A DNA stretch of 63,561 nt, counting the filler, from Octopus bimaculoides (Eukaryota), in NCBI RefSeq assembly GCF_001194135.2. It is 7 parts of 7 records of this genome, joined end to end, with 100 filler letters (N's around TTAATTAATTAA, not from the genome) between each part and the next. Parts side by side here need not be neighbours in the genome. Positions count along the whole stretch, not along the records: positions 11,260 to 25,323 come from NC_068993.1; 6 more parts are not named here. One strand, written 5' to 3'. Each line of letters starts with the position of its first letter. Position 1 is the first letter of the stretch. The translations under genes were made by a program, and so were the position numbers. Shown here piece by piece: positions 13,532 through 24,475 of this stretch. The notes below the pieces were generated by a model that saw nothing but the letters and a program-made list of their open reading frames with translations, was not told the origin of the DNA and ran no database searches.

Positions 13532-13680
13532 CATTCTGAGTTCAAATGATGCGTAGATCAACGTTACCTTTCATCCTTTCGATAAAATAAAACACCCGCT
13601 CAGTACTGCTTTTGATACCAACAACAGCACCGTATCCTCTCAAAATTGTTGTCCTGTATCAAAATTAGAAAGAATTATTA
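13532..13680 (+). mobile_element. SINE family A fragment with (ATT)n tail
   Basis: ttctgagttcaaat..cctttcatcctttcgataaaataa..tagaaagaattattatt. Confidence 0.7.
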
Positions 13681-13689
13681 TTATTATTA

Positions 13690-13769
<80 letters not shown>

Positions 13770-13790
13770 GGTATTAGTGGTAGTAGTAGT
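13676..13790. repeat. (ATT)n grading into (AGT)n microsatellite
   Basis: Direct reading. Confidence 0.95.
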
Positions 13791-13829
13791 GGGTGAGAGA
13801 GCAGTGCATGCCACCAAAGTGATTTTTTA

Positions 13830-13945
13830 ATTTTATTTATGCATCCTTTTAAAGCCTAGCCAGACTCATGGGCCCGGTTTCCCGGTTTCTATGGCGTATG
13901 TGTTCCCCGCCAGCTGGACGGGACGCCAGTCCATCGCAGTTTTAC
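13830..13945 (-). mobile_element. SINE family F 3' portion
   Basis: gcatccttttaaagcctagccagactcatgggcccggtttcccggtttctatggcgtatgtgttcccc..agctggacgggacgccagtcc; loosely related to 21995-22260; assignment partly from recall. Confidence 0.6.
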
Positions 13946-13987
13946 TCAAGAAACAGGAAGAAAGAGTGAGAGAAAGTTGGAGCGAAA

Positions 13988-14433
13988 GAGTACCTCAGTA
14001 CATCGCGGATTTTCTGGCTAATATATGAAAATTTATATCACAGGTTTCTGCGACTGATAGGTAATTATATCTTTTTTATATTTTAATTATTTCTGTGGAA
14101 AAATAAGCATTTTCACGCCTAAAAATTAATAAATTAATAAATAAAAAATACAGTACAGTACTGCACTGTATAACACATTAATTAAAATATACTAAAATAT
14201 AATACGTCGAGTACCGTAAATGAGTAAACAAAGACTCGCACATACTGTATGGAAAACAAAACCCCTGAGCCGAGTGTGTGTTGTTGTTTGGCATTTATAA
14301 TAAAATAAATATACAAAATTATAAAAAAAATAATTGCGAAATATATACAGTACAGTACTGTTTCTACTTCGCAGATTTTTACCTATCGCGTGGGGATTTG
14401 GAATGTAATACCACCATAGTCGAGGGATTAGTG
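13988..14433. mobile_element. Tigger/pogo-like MITE, degenerate
   Basis: Right end ..cacc-atagtcgagggattagtg, internal tcgcggatttt / tcgcagatttttacctatcgcg and cagtacagtactg motifs typical of Tigger derivatives; left TIR decayed. Confidence 0.5.
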
Positions 14434-14457
14434 CATGCAGCAATCTATGTGTGTGTA

Positions 14458-14675
14458 AAGGCAGTGAGCTGGCAGAAACGTTAGCACGCTGGGCGAAATG
14501 TTTAGCGGTTTTTTCGTCTGTCTTTACGTTCTGAGTTCAAGTTCTGCCGAGGTCGACTTTGCCTGTCATCCTTTTGCGGTCGATAAATTAAATACCAGTT
14601 GCATACTGGGACCGATCTAATCGACTGGCCCTCCACTCCAAAAATTTCGAGCCTTGTGCCTAGAGTAGAAAAGAA
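14458..14675 (+). mobile_element. SINE family A, near full length
   Basis: aaggcagtgagctggcagaaacgttagc (A-box), ctgagttcaagttc (B-box), gtcgataaattaaataccagtt, 3' ccttgtgcctagagtagaaaag. Confidence 0.9.
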
Positions 14676-15569
14676 TCTGTGTGTGTGTATGTATGTGTGT
14701 GCGCGTGTGTGTGTGTTTATATATGTACGTATATAAGTATGTAAGGTTAGATGTATGCCTATAAGAGAGTAAGCAGCACATGAAGAAATAGCGTTCTGTT
14801 ACGGGAAAGAATGGCGAAATTTATTTTTAGTATTAAAGCTATTTCTATGAAACTGTCGAATTGGAATTGTCTGAGCGTTTTATTTCTCACTTGATACTAA
14901 TATTGCAAACGTGAATTATTCATAATTACTTATAATTCTTTGTAGAGCGATTTAGTGAATCATATCTCGATTAAACTGAGGCGAGAAGTGTCCTCTTGAG
15001 TCCATGAGAATCTTATAGATAACACACCACATACACACATACGCACGCACGCACGCACACATACATCACTATATACATACGAACATATACATATATGGAT
15101 ATGTATATATATTATGAATAAAAATATTATTATAGAATATGTATATTTACGTACATAAATATAAATTGTATACTATGTATGTGTGTGAGTGTGCGTATTC
15201 TGTATATCTATATTTATAACTTTCGTAACTTAAACGTGGATGTCCTGTTAGAACAAGCTATACTACGGTAGTTATTAGGAGAGAAACCCTGATATTGGNN
15301 NNNNNNNNNNNNNNNNNNNNNNNNNNNNNNNNNNNNNNNNNNNNNNNNNNNNNNNNNNNNNNNNNNNNNNNNNNNNNNNNNNNNNNNNNNNNNNNNNNNN
15401 NNNNNNNNNNNNNNNNNNNNNNNNNNNNNNNNNNNNNNNNNNNNNNNNNNNNNNNNNNNNNNNNNNNNNNNNNNNNNNNNNNNNNNNNNNNNNNNNNNNN
15501 NNNNNNNNNNNNNNNNNNNNNNNNNNNNNNNNNNNNNNNNNNNNNNNNNNNNNNNNNNNNNNNNNNNNN

Positions 15570-15604
<35 letters not shown>

Positions 15605-15607
<3 letters not shown>

Positions 15608-15950
15608 GGGTGGAGCAGAGAGGACGGACGTTTTTGAAAAAATTATTTTAGTTACGATGGGACAGCTGCGAGATCTGGAACAGTGCAGTGACGTCCAATT
15701 CGAGGTCTGGTATAACTTTTGATTCCAAAGTTTGGTACCAGCCCATCCAGTATCGTCCACACATATATCACTGCATACCTCTCCCATCTTCGCTCCAGGA
15801 AGTAGAGTCGTAGCCCTTTCAGTCTCTCCCAGAAGCTCAGCTGCTCCATTGATGCAATCTTCCTTATGTAGCGTCGCTGACCGACCTGAAGTTCCGATAT
15901 TAATCCGACACTGTAAGGTGAACACAGTTAAGAGTAAGAGTGTCTAATCG
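15605..15950 (-). mobile_element. CR1/L2-clade LINE ORF2 C-terminal fragment
   Basis: Minus strand reads CSPYSVGLISELQVGQRRYIRKIASMEQLSFWERLKGLRLYFLERRWERYAVIYVWTILDGLVP, matching the (W)SPY..QRR.T..LSY.ERL..L.L.SLE.RR pattern of CR1/L2 RT C-termini. Confidence 0.8.
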
Positions 15951-16429
15951 CAACTAACTGCAATGGCACCTAAAAGAATTCGCGAAACCATGGTTCACGC
16001 TACCAGATCTGGCTCGCTTACTAGTGACGGCTGTCTTTATGGAAACATTAATTTCTGATTAGAAACACGCATACAATCACACTCGAACATACACAACAAA
16101 CCCGCTGGCAATACGACTCAAAACATATATTTATATATAATGGCGTTGAAGGATAATGGCCCAATTATAATTGATAGAGATATGTTTATACGACAGTCTG
16201 CCATAAATCAATAAATAAATAGCGACAATCATGTCATACTTTTGATTATTGGTCTTTGATAGTGAATTTATGTTTACTATATTATAATTATGTTTACTAT
16301 ATTATGATTATGTTTACTATATTTAATGGTTTCAAAAATTTGAACTCAAAACATGAAGACGGACGAAAAAAACCACTGTGCACTTTTCACGGCGTGTTAA
16401 CGATTCTGCCAGCTCGGTTTCAAATTTTC

Positions 16430-16651
16430 AAATATTGGTTTCAAAGTCTGGCAGAAGGCCAGTAATTTCAGAGAAAGGGGTAAGTTGATTACTGACTCCA
16501 GTGCTCAACTAGTACTTATTTTATAGACTCCAGAAAGATGAAAGACAGAGTGGACCTCGGCGGAATTTGGATCCAGAACGTAAAGGCGGACGAAATGTGC
16601 TTAGCATTTTGCCCTGCCCGGCGTGCTTGTAACGTACTAGCTCGCCGTCTT
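16430..16651 (-). mobile_element. SINE family A
   Basis: ccagtgctcaactagtacttattttat..gacctcggcggaatttggatccagaacgt..ctagctcgccgtctt; a second head remnant lies at ~16392-16415. Confidence 0.85.
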
Positions 16652-16984
16652 CCCTCAGTATAATAATATAGTGCAATGCCATATCATATATAGCGACATT
16701 ACCTTAAAATTCATTAATGTTTCCATTTGAATCATAGTTCTGATTTCAATTCAATGGGCTCCAACTTGCTTCAGAAATGTATCGAGATAACAATGGTGCC
16801 TCGCAGGAGGTCCAAGTATTTATTACTCGACAGAAGACATGATATTTGATTCTCAAGCTCAAGGGGCACTCCGTTATCATTTTCTTGCTAAAAATACGAG
16901 CACAAACAATAGGCTTGTACATTTTGTTGTCGATTAGACCGCGGTCAGTCTCAACTGAACATATCTATGATCAACGACACAGCT

Positions 16985-17157
16985 TCGAAGGGTTTTAATC
17001 GAACAAATAGACACCAGTACTTAAATTTTGAAGCCTGGTAATTTTTGATCGTTCTTTTAAACCGAACCACCAGGTTACCGAGTTGTAAGCAAACCAACAA
17101 CGGTTGTCACGCGATTGTGAAGGACTAACACAAACACAAAAACATACATACACACGC

Positions 17158-17211
<54 letters not shown>
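16985..17211 (-). mobile_element. SINE family B 3' half running into a gap
   Basis: ccagtactta..ccgaacc..aaaccaacaacggttgtca followed by the internal (TA)(TG)n. Confidence 0.65.
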
Positions 17212-18054
17212 NNNNNNNNNNNNNNNNNNNNNNNNNNNNNNNNNNNNNNNNNNNNNNNNNNNNNNNNNNNNNNNNNNNNNNNNNNNNNNNNNNNNNNNNN
17301 NNNNNNNNNNNNNNNNNNNNNNNNNNNNNNNNNNNNNNNNNNNNNNNNNNNNNNNNNNNNNNNNNNNNNNNNNNNNNNNNNNNNNNNNNNNNNNNNNNNN
17401 NNNNNNNNNNNNNNNNNNNNNNNNNNNNNNNNNNNNNNNNNNNNNNNNNNNNNNNNNNNNNNNNNNNNNNNNNNNNNNNNNNNNNNNNNNNNNNNNNNNN
17501 NNNNNNNNNNNNNNNNNNNNNNNNNNNNNNNNNNNNNNNNNNNNNNNNNNNNNNNNNNNNNNNNNNNNNNNNNNNNNNNNNNNNNNNNNNNNNNNNNNNN
17601 NNNNNNNNNNNNNNNNNNNNNNNNNNNNNNNNNNNNNNNNNNNNNNNNNNNNNNNNNNNNNNNNNNNNNNNNNNNNNNNNNNNNNNNNNNNNNNNNNNNN
17701 NNNNNNNNNNNNNNNNNNNNNNNNNNNNNNNNNNNNNNNNNNNNNNNNNNNNNNNNNNNNNNNNNNNNNNNNNNNNNNNNNNNNNNNNNNNNNNNNNNNN
17801 NNNNNNNNNNNNNNNNNNNNNNNNNNNNNNNNNNNNNNNNNNNNNNNNNNNNNNNNNNNNNNNNNNNNNNNNNNNNNNNNNNNNNNNNNNNNNNNNNNNN
17901 NNNNNNNNNNNNNNNNNNNNNNNNNNNNNNNNNNNNNNNNNNNNNNNNNNNNNNNNNNNNNNNNNNNNNNNNNNNNNNNNNNNNCTCTTTCTCTCTCTCT
18001 CTTTCTCTCTCGCTATCTGTCTGTTTCTCTTTCACTCTTCCCCTCAAATATGTC

Positions 18055-18085
<31 letters not shown>

Positions 18086-18574
18086 TTATCTATCTATCCA
18101 CCCATCCATCCATCCATCCATCTCTCTATGTCTCTCTCTCTCGTTCTCTCTCTCTCTCTTTCCCTCCGTCTATCTTGCCATACGCACGGTGAATATTTCA
18201 AAAGAATAGTAACCTCAGATACCAGCTGCTGATCTGGAAGGAACAACTCAGAGTACAGAACATCGCAGCCTCTCTGTGATAATATATTAAAGGATAATCC
18301 CCACTCAAAGTTCTCTAATTTATCGCTTTTAGGGAATCAACTGAGATTTGCATACATACAAACATACATTCACACATACGTGCATACATACATACGTACG
18401 TACATACATGCGTGCATGTGTACAAATATATATATGTACATACATACAGCCATACATATATCCATACATATGTATATATGTACGTACATGCATACATACA
18501 TACAGACATACATTCTTGAAACTCAAAGAAAAGTCTTACATACAGGCGTATATCTTTCATCCTTCATTTTTGCT

Positions 18575-18963
18575 TGTTTCAGACATTAGACTGCGACTAT
18601 GCTGAGGCACTGCCTCGAGAAATTACAGTCGAATGAATCGACCTTAGAATTTAATTTCTTAAAATCTGGTACTGATTCTATGGAACTCTATGGTAGAACC
18701 GCTTATTTACGCGGATGTAAACACACCAACACCGGTTGCTAAGCAATGGCGCGAGACAAATGCAGACACAAAGGCATACACTAACGCACAAGCATATACA
18801 TAGGAAAGGCTTCTTTTAGTTTCCGCCAACCAAATCCACCCACAATGCTCTAATCGGACATAGGCTGTAGTAGAATGTACTTTCTAAAGGTGACATACAG
18901 TGGGATTGAACACGAAACCCTGTAGCTGGGAAGCAGCCTTACCACACGGTCATGCCTGCGCCT
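18575..18963 (-). mobile_element. SINE family B, full length but diverged
   Basis: cttgtttcagacattagactgcgactatgctgaggcactgcct .. gtaaacacaccaacaccggttg .. ggcttcttttagtttcc .. cacacggtcatgcctgcgcct. Confidence 0.85.
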
Positions 18964-18969
18964 AATACA

Positions 18970-19536
18970 TAGGGTGGACCATAATGATAGGACACATTTT
19001 AAATGCTAGTATCTTGGATTATAAATAGGACATAGAGTAACGAATAGATTTATTACATATCTGATATACAGGAGTTCAATATAATATCTGAGATTTGAAT
19101 ATTACATCTTGGAGATGGTCACCAACACGAAGAGAACACTCACGAGCTTGCTGTCTAATATCAAGCACAGTGCGGCTTAGTATATCAACTGGAATGGATC
19201 CAATCGCCTTTCTCGCGAAGTTTGTAAAAGCACGTAAGATCGCCTTTTCGGATGGGTTCTGTCGCTTTCCAAACTCCTGTCGAAATCTTTGGGCTGCAAC
19301 AATGGATCTTTGGCTGGTGAAGAATGCTTCGACCACGTATGGAATTTACTTTTTTGGAGTCCACTAAATTATGAGGGTTACCAATACCAATTGCCTGTAG
19401 AAGATAGTAAAATCTTAGATAATATGCTGAATTTATGAATATCAGTTATGTAATAAACATATATGGTACACTATGTCATTTTTATAATCCAAAATACTGG
19501 CATTTAAAAGGCATCCCATCATTATGGCCCACCCTA
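18970..19536 (-). mobile_element. Internally deleted Tc1/mariner-superfamily element with ~70-bp TIRs
   Basis: TIR tagggtggaccataatgatagga..tttaaatgc.agtat.ttggattataaa at both ends. ORF 19076-19336 fuses an N-terminal HTH (MVEAFFTSQRSIVAAQRFRQEFGKRQNPSEKAI, DUF4817-like) to a transposase C-terminus (ARECSLRVGDHLQDVIFK). Confidence 0.88.
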
Positions 19537-19621
19537 TATATGTACATCATTTACATTTATAAACATGCACACACACATGCATACATACGTACATATATAC
19601 ATATATACACATATACATGTA

Positions 19622-19699
<78 letters not shown>

Positions 19700-20373
19700 A
19701 ACATACACACATTCATTTACATCCGTATCTGTTTGTATGTGTGTGTGTGTGTGTGTAATTTTACACACCTGCCCATGATTTACAACTTCGTCGGCCCATA
19801 GGACAAGCCCATCTCATCTAGCGTTCGAGGGCAGGTTACGTCAACCACATTTATTTAGTACCTCTTTCTTTCGTTTGTTCCGTCACTGAATAGATCAGAA
19901 GAATTCGTATAATTAATGTTGTTGTTCTTGTTACAAACTCTGTTGGCCCCTTTTGTTGAGGAAGTCTCTGGACTATAAAATATGTGCCAGTAACCTGTGG
20001 AAGATCGATTCAATCGACTATAGATCTCCCTTTAAAAATAATCACATTCTTTTTATGTGCAGAAGTATACACATACATAAACGTGGGGTACACTTGTGTA
20101 TACGCATGTACGTACGGATGTGTCTGTGCGTGGGTGAACTTGCATGTATGTGCATGTACCTATAGCTATATGTATGAGCTAATGTATAAAGTCCAATATA
20201 TATGTATGTATATATGTGTATGTGTGTGTGTGTCTGTGCATACACATGTATACACATATGCTCATATAAATATACAAGCATATATGTATATAATTTACAC
20301 ATTAAACACAGTCACATATATGTATGTATATATGTATATATATATGTATGTATATGTATGTATNNNNNNNNNN

Positions 20374-20436
<63 letters not shown>

Positions 20437-20506
20437 CTTAGATATGAATATATCTCTTCATATGTATATATGTGTGTACATATAAATATATATATATATA
20501 TGTGTA

Positions 20507-20545
<39 letters not shown>

Positions 20546-20604
20546 GCATATATGTATTTATACATATATGTATATATATACACATACATACATATATACA
20601 TAAA

Positions 20605-20637
<33 letters not shown>

Positions 20638-20879
20638 TNNNNNNNNNNNNNNNNNNNNNNNNNNNNNNNNNNNTATATATATATATAGACACTCACAAGC
20701 ACATACATAAGTGTATTCCGCCAGTATGTATATGTTTCTCTATGTGTTTATAGTCCAAACAAAGATAACATAGGAAAAACCGTCTTAGTATCCAAGGTCA
20801 ACCTTCGAGAGAAACTGATTGCTTAATCAATAGCTTTTGTAATGGCCAGTCCTTTTAAGTTTCTATAATAACCATGTTT

Positions 20880-20910
20880 TCATTATTATTATTATTACTA
20901 TTATTATCAT

Positions 20911-20959
<49 letters not shown>

Positions 20960-20972
20960 GTCATTATTATTA

Positions 20973-21020
<48 letters not shown>

Positions 21021-21130
21021 GTAGTAGTAGTAGTAGTCGTAGTAATATCAGTACTGTTATCGTTGGTGTTTTTGTTATTATTACCATTATTATTATTGTT
21101 GTTGTTGTTGTTGTTATTGTTATTATTAGT
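20880..21130. repeat. Compound (ATT)/(ATC)/(AGT)/(GTT)n tract
   Basis: Direct reading. Confidence 0.92.
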
Positions 21131-21994
21131 ATTATTGTTATACATCGCTATTATTATAGCCAGTGTGCTACGCCAGCATTTCTTAGGAGAATATTGAAAG
21201 CCGACAACAAAACTATGGATTAGAACAAAAACTCTGTATAAACGGGAAACTTTTATTTTCCTAAGAATATAACTGTTGTGTCTGATTTTTATTGGAAATA
21301 AAAAGAAAAAAAAGAGAGTGAGAGAGAGGAAGAAGGAAAAAAACTGAGCCACTCTATCAAAGAGATCCAGGCCTTTTATTCTCATTCAGACAACAGTGTA
21401 AATGATTTTTCGTTGCTAACACAAGAGAACTTCACATAAAGCTGTCCATGGAAAAAGCAAGGCGTTATGCTTTTGGCTCTGATTACCTTTAACGATAGTC
21501 TATGAAATTATATTCATAGAAAATAGAAACAGGAGAAGTGATGTATAAAAGAAGGGGAAAAAAGTAGAGAAATCTTTCAAAGTTCAAAGACTGTATCGGC
21601 TGTAGTGGTTCGTATTCTTGTCTGTAAGACATTTTTATGGTTAAACTCGCTTCCAATTTTTTTTATTGTAGGTTTTCAGTCAAGACATAAGAGAACTTAA
21701 GTATTGCAATTTGCGCCATTCTTTTCGTTCTAAAACAGACAGACGTGTCTGAATATCATGACAGCTACTACTTCAGTTCAATGTAGAACAACAAATAACT
21801 ATGTATCATAGCTGTTTTAATATAATATTTACTAAGTATGGAAGAACTGAAGTGTTTTTGATAAGCCCCAAGCTTATTAATCTTGATTGAGTAAATCTAT
21901 GATCATGGGAATTGCAGACAAGGTTCTTTTTAACTACAATTTACTGTCTGTTCTTCCTTATTAAATACTACTGGGTTTGAATTGATGTAAATTT

Positions 21995-22260
21995 TCTCTT
22001 TTACGCGTGACCAATCGGTTAGTGTGTTGTTCTCATGATCACAAGATCGAGGTTTCGATTTCCAGGACAAGTCAGGCATTGTATTCTTGAGCACAAAATC
22101 AGTTCATTTCACGGCGCTCCATCCATTCCACACAGCTGTAAATAAGCAAATGTGTGACGGAATCGCATCATGTCCAGCAGGGTGGGGGATGTTGCGATCT
22201 CGATCTCCTCTAGGCAATGGCAACCGGGTAACAAGCCCCGTGATTTCTATCACTCAAGAC
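21995..22260 (+). mobile_element. tRNA-headed SINE family F
   Basis: tgaccaatcggttagtgtgttg (A-box-like), ggtttcgatttcc (B-box-like), then gcattgtattcttgagcac core. Confidence 0.6.
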
Positions 22261-22394
22261 AGGAGTACCCAGAGTTCGATAATATTGAAAAGGAAGATGA
22301 ACGCTAACGAATAAACCTGACTCTCACTTTGGTTCGTAAGACTTACTTCGGACCGGATGAATTTCGTATATTTTCTAAGTTTATCCAATAATAG

Positions 22395-22576
22395 TGGTAA
22401 AATTTTGAGAAAGTGGGGGCTGCAAGTTGATTACATCGACCCCAGTGCTCAACTGGTACTTATTTTATCGATTCCGATAGGATGAAAAGTAAAGTCGACT
22501 GAGAACATGCAGAGGGACGAAATGCCACTGAGCATTTTCCTCAGCGTGCTAACGATTCTGCCAGCTCACCGCCTTA
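22395..22576 (-). mobile_element. SINE family A
   Basis: gattacatcgaccccagtgctcaactggtacttattttatcga .. gctaacgattctgccagctcaccgcctt. Confidence 0.9.
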
Positions 22577-22607
22577 ATTTAGAAAATACTATTCAAAGTC
22601 CGATAAG

Positions 22608-22820
22608 ACGGTAGGCTGAGAGAAATCGTTACCTTGCGGGGCAAAATGATTTGTTGTATTTCGTCCGTCTTTACGGTTCTGAGGTAAAATTCCGCCGACT
22701 TCGGCTTTAACTTTCATCATTTCGAAGTCGATAAAATAAGTACCACTTGGGCACTTGGATCAATGTAATCGATTTACTCCTTCCCACGAAATCAATGGCC
22801 TTGTGCCAATATTTGAAATC
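22608..22820 (+). mobile_element. SINE family A, diverged
   Basis: aagacggtaggctgagagaaatcgtt..ttctgaggtaaaattccgccga..gtcgataaaataagtacc..ggccttgtgccaatatttgaaa. Confidence 0.85.
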
Positions 22821-22837
22821 AATATTTAAAATTCAAT

Positions 22838-23045
22838 AAGACGGAGATCGTTAACGCGCTGGGCAAACAGCTCAACAGTATTTCCTCGGTCAGTACGTTC
22901 TGAGTTCAAAATCCTTCTAGGTAGACATAGCCTTCCATACTTTCGGAGTTGACAAGTACCAGTTGAGCACGGGGTTCGATGTAATCGAAATTCCTGACCT
23001 CTCTCCGAAATTCCTGACCTTGAGCCAAACATTGAAACCAAATTT
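22838..23045 (+). mobile_element. SINE family A, diverged
   Basis: atcgttaacgcgctgggcaaa..acgttctgagttcaaa..aagtaccagttgagcacggggttcgatgtaatcga. Confidence 0.85.
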
Positions 23046-23513
23046 GAAATGCGCAAGCATGACCACGTGGTAAGACGTTTGATTCCGAATCACATAGCTC
23101 TGGGTTCAGTCCCACCATACGTCGCCTTCGGCAAGTGCCTTCTACTATAGTCTCGAATCAACCAAAACCTTGTGAGTGGAGTTAGTTGGCGGGAACTGAA
23201 AGGAGATCGTTTTCTAAAATACGTGTGCGCGCGTGCGCGCGTGCGCGCGCGTGTGTGTGCATGTATGCGTGTTTGTTTGTATGCATGTGTGTGTGTTTGT
23301 GTGCGTGCGTGTATGTGCGTGTGTGTGCTAGTTTCTCCTCTACCACCGCTTGATAACCGGTGTCGGTGTGTTTACGCGCCCGTGAATAACGATTCGGCAA
23401 AAGTTACCGATAGAATAACTACCAAGCTTTACACATACACACAGAGACATAGACACGCTCAAAAAAAAAGAATTAACAAGTAGTGGGGTCCATTCGGTCG
23501 TCTAAAAAACATT

Positions 23514-23749
23514 TACATTATTTACATTTGAGGGATATTTGTCCTAATCGTGTATGTTGTTAACACAGAATTTCGGCTGATATACCCTCCAGCCTTCATC
23601 AGGTGTCTTGGAGAAATTTCGAACCTAGGTTCTCATTCCTAAGGTATTTTTCGATGTTATTATTATTATTATTATTCAGGTCACTGCTTGGGATCGAACT
23701 CGGAATATTGGGGTTAGTAGCCCGCGCACTTAACCACTAAGCCATATGC
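23514..23749 (-). mobile_element. tRNA-headed SINE-like unit: tRNA-like head + (AAT)n + hammerhead-containing tail
   Basis: Minus strand GCATATGGCTTAGTGGTTAAG (A-box), anticodon-like arm GGG-CTACTAA-CCC, GAGTTCGATCCC (B-box), (AAT)n, then a 141-bp tail containing CTGATGA..CAGCCGAAA. Confidence 0.85.
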
Positions 23750-23901
23750 TCGAAAAATACCTTAGGAATGAGAACCCAGGTTCGAAATTTCCCCAAGACA
23801 CCTGATGAAGGCTGGAGGGTATATCAGCTGAAACGTTGTGTTAACAACAAACAAGATGAGGACAAATATCCGTCAAATGTAAATAATGTACATAATTCCT
23901 C
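23750..23901 (+). repeat. Inverted duplicate of the SINE tail (arms 23514-23654 and 23750-23890, 131/141 identical by hand alignment)
   Basis: tcgaaaaataccttaggaatgagaacc..cgtcaaatgtaaataatgta is the reverse complement of the left arm. Confidence 0.95.
23797..23842 (+). ncRNA. Minimal type I hammerhead ribozyme motif (PLE-type)
   Basis: GACAC-CUGAUGA-A-GGCUG(loop 10)CAGCU-GAAAC-GUU^-GUGUU. Stem I GACAC/GUGUU, core CUGAUGA, 5-bp stem II, GAAA, palindromic AACGUU in place of stem III, putative cleavage after 23837. Activity untested. Confidence 0.75.
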
Positions 23902-24354
23902 TTTTAAATCTAGAACTGTAAAAGACATTAAAAAAAAAAGATCTCTTCGAAGCGGTGCCCCAGCATGGCCGTAGTCTAATCATCGAACAAGTAAAAGCAA
24001 AAAGATAATATTATTTCATTCTCTGAATATCTCAAACTGATATTTGGAGTTAACTGGTACGGAATCTGCCATACTCTTTTATGCACAGCAATTTCCGTTT
24101 TGTTCCTATTTGAAACAAAAGCACTAAATGTGTACTTTGGAGTCATTTCATAACCATTAACTAACCATATTTTTCCTCAACAAATATAATTTAACATTAG
24201 AACAATAAAAGAGGAAGAATCACGCATAGATATTTTATTTCTATCCAAATTCCTATATAATTTATTCATAAATTCATTAGATATGACTAAAAGAGATAAA
24301 AACCGACTAATACGTACAACATTTGTTATCAAGATATCCCATGCCATTGTTGCT

Positions 24355-24412
24355 GCAGCAGCTACCGCCGCTGCTGCTACTGCTACTGCTACTGCTATTG
24401 CTACTGCTACTG

Positions 24413-24474
<62 letters not shown>

Positions 24475-24475
24475 G
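24355..24475. repeat. (GCT)n grading into (ACT)n microsatellite
   Basis: Direct reading. Confidence 0.95.

Larger units (their letters stand above)
23050..24008 (+). mobile_element. SINE family B split by the nested hammerhead element (5' part 23050-23510, 3' end ~23940-24008)
   Basis: Head gcgcaagcatgaccacgtggtaag..gggttcagtcccac; the body stops at ggggtccattcggtcgtctaaaaaa and resumes as gcggtgccccagcatggccgtagtc..acaagtaaaag. Confidence 0.8.

Noticed and set aside
23221-23260. (CG/TG) alternating tract with Z-DNA potential
   Set aside because: It is just the variable internal microsatellite of SINE B, and similar tracts are ubiquitous in the window.
23676-23749. Possible tRNA gene (anticodon-like ACT)
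   Set aside because: It has A/B boxes and an anticodon-like arm but no acceptor stem, and it runs into (AAT)n and the element tail; it is a SINE head. The same applies to the heads of families A, B and F.
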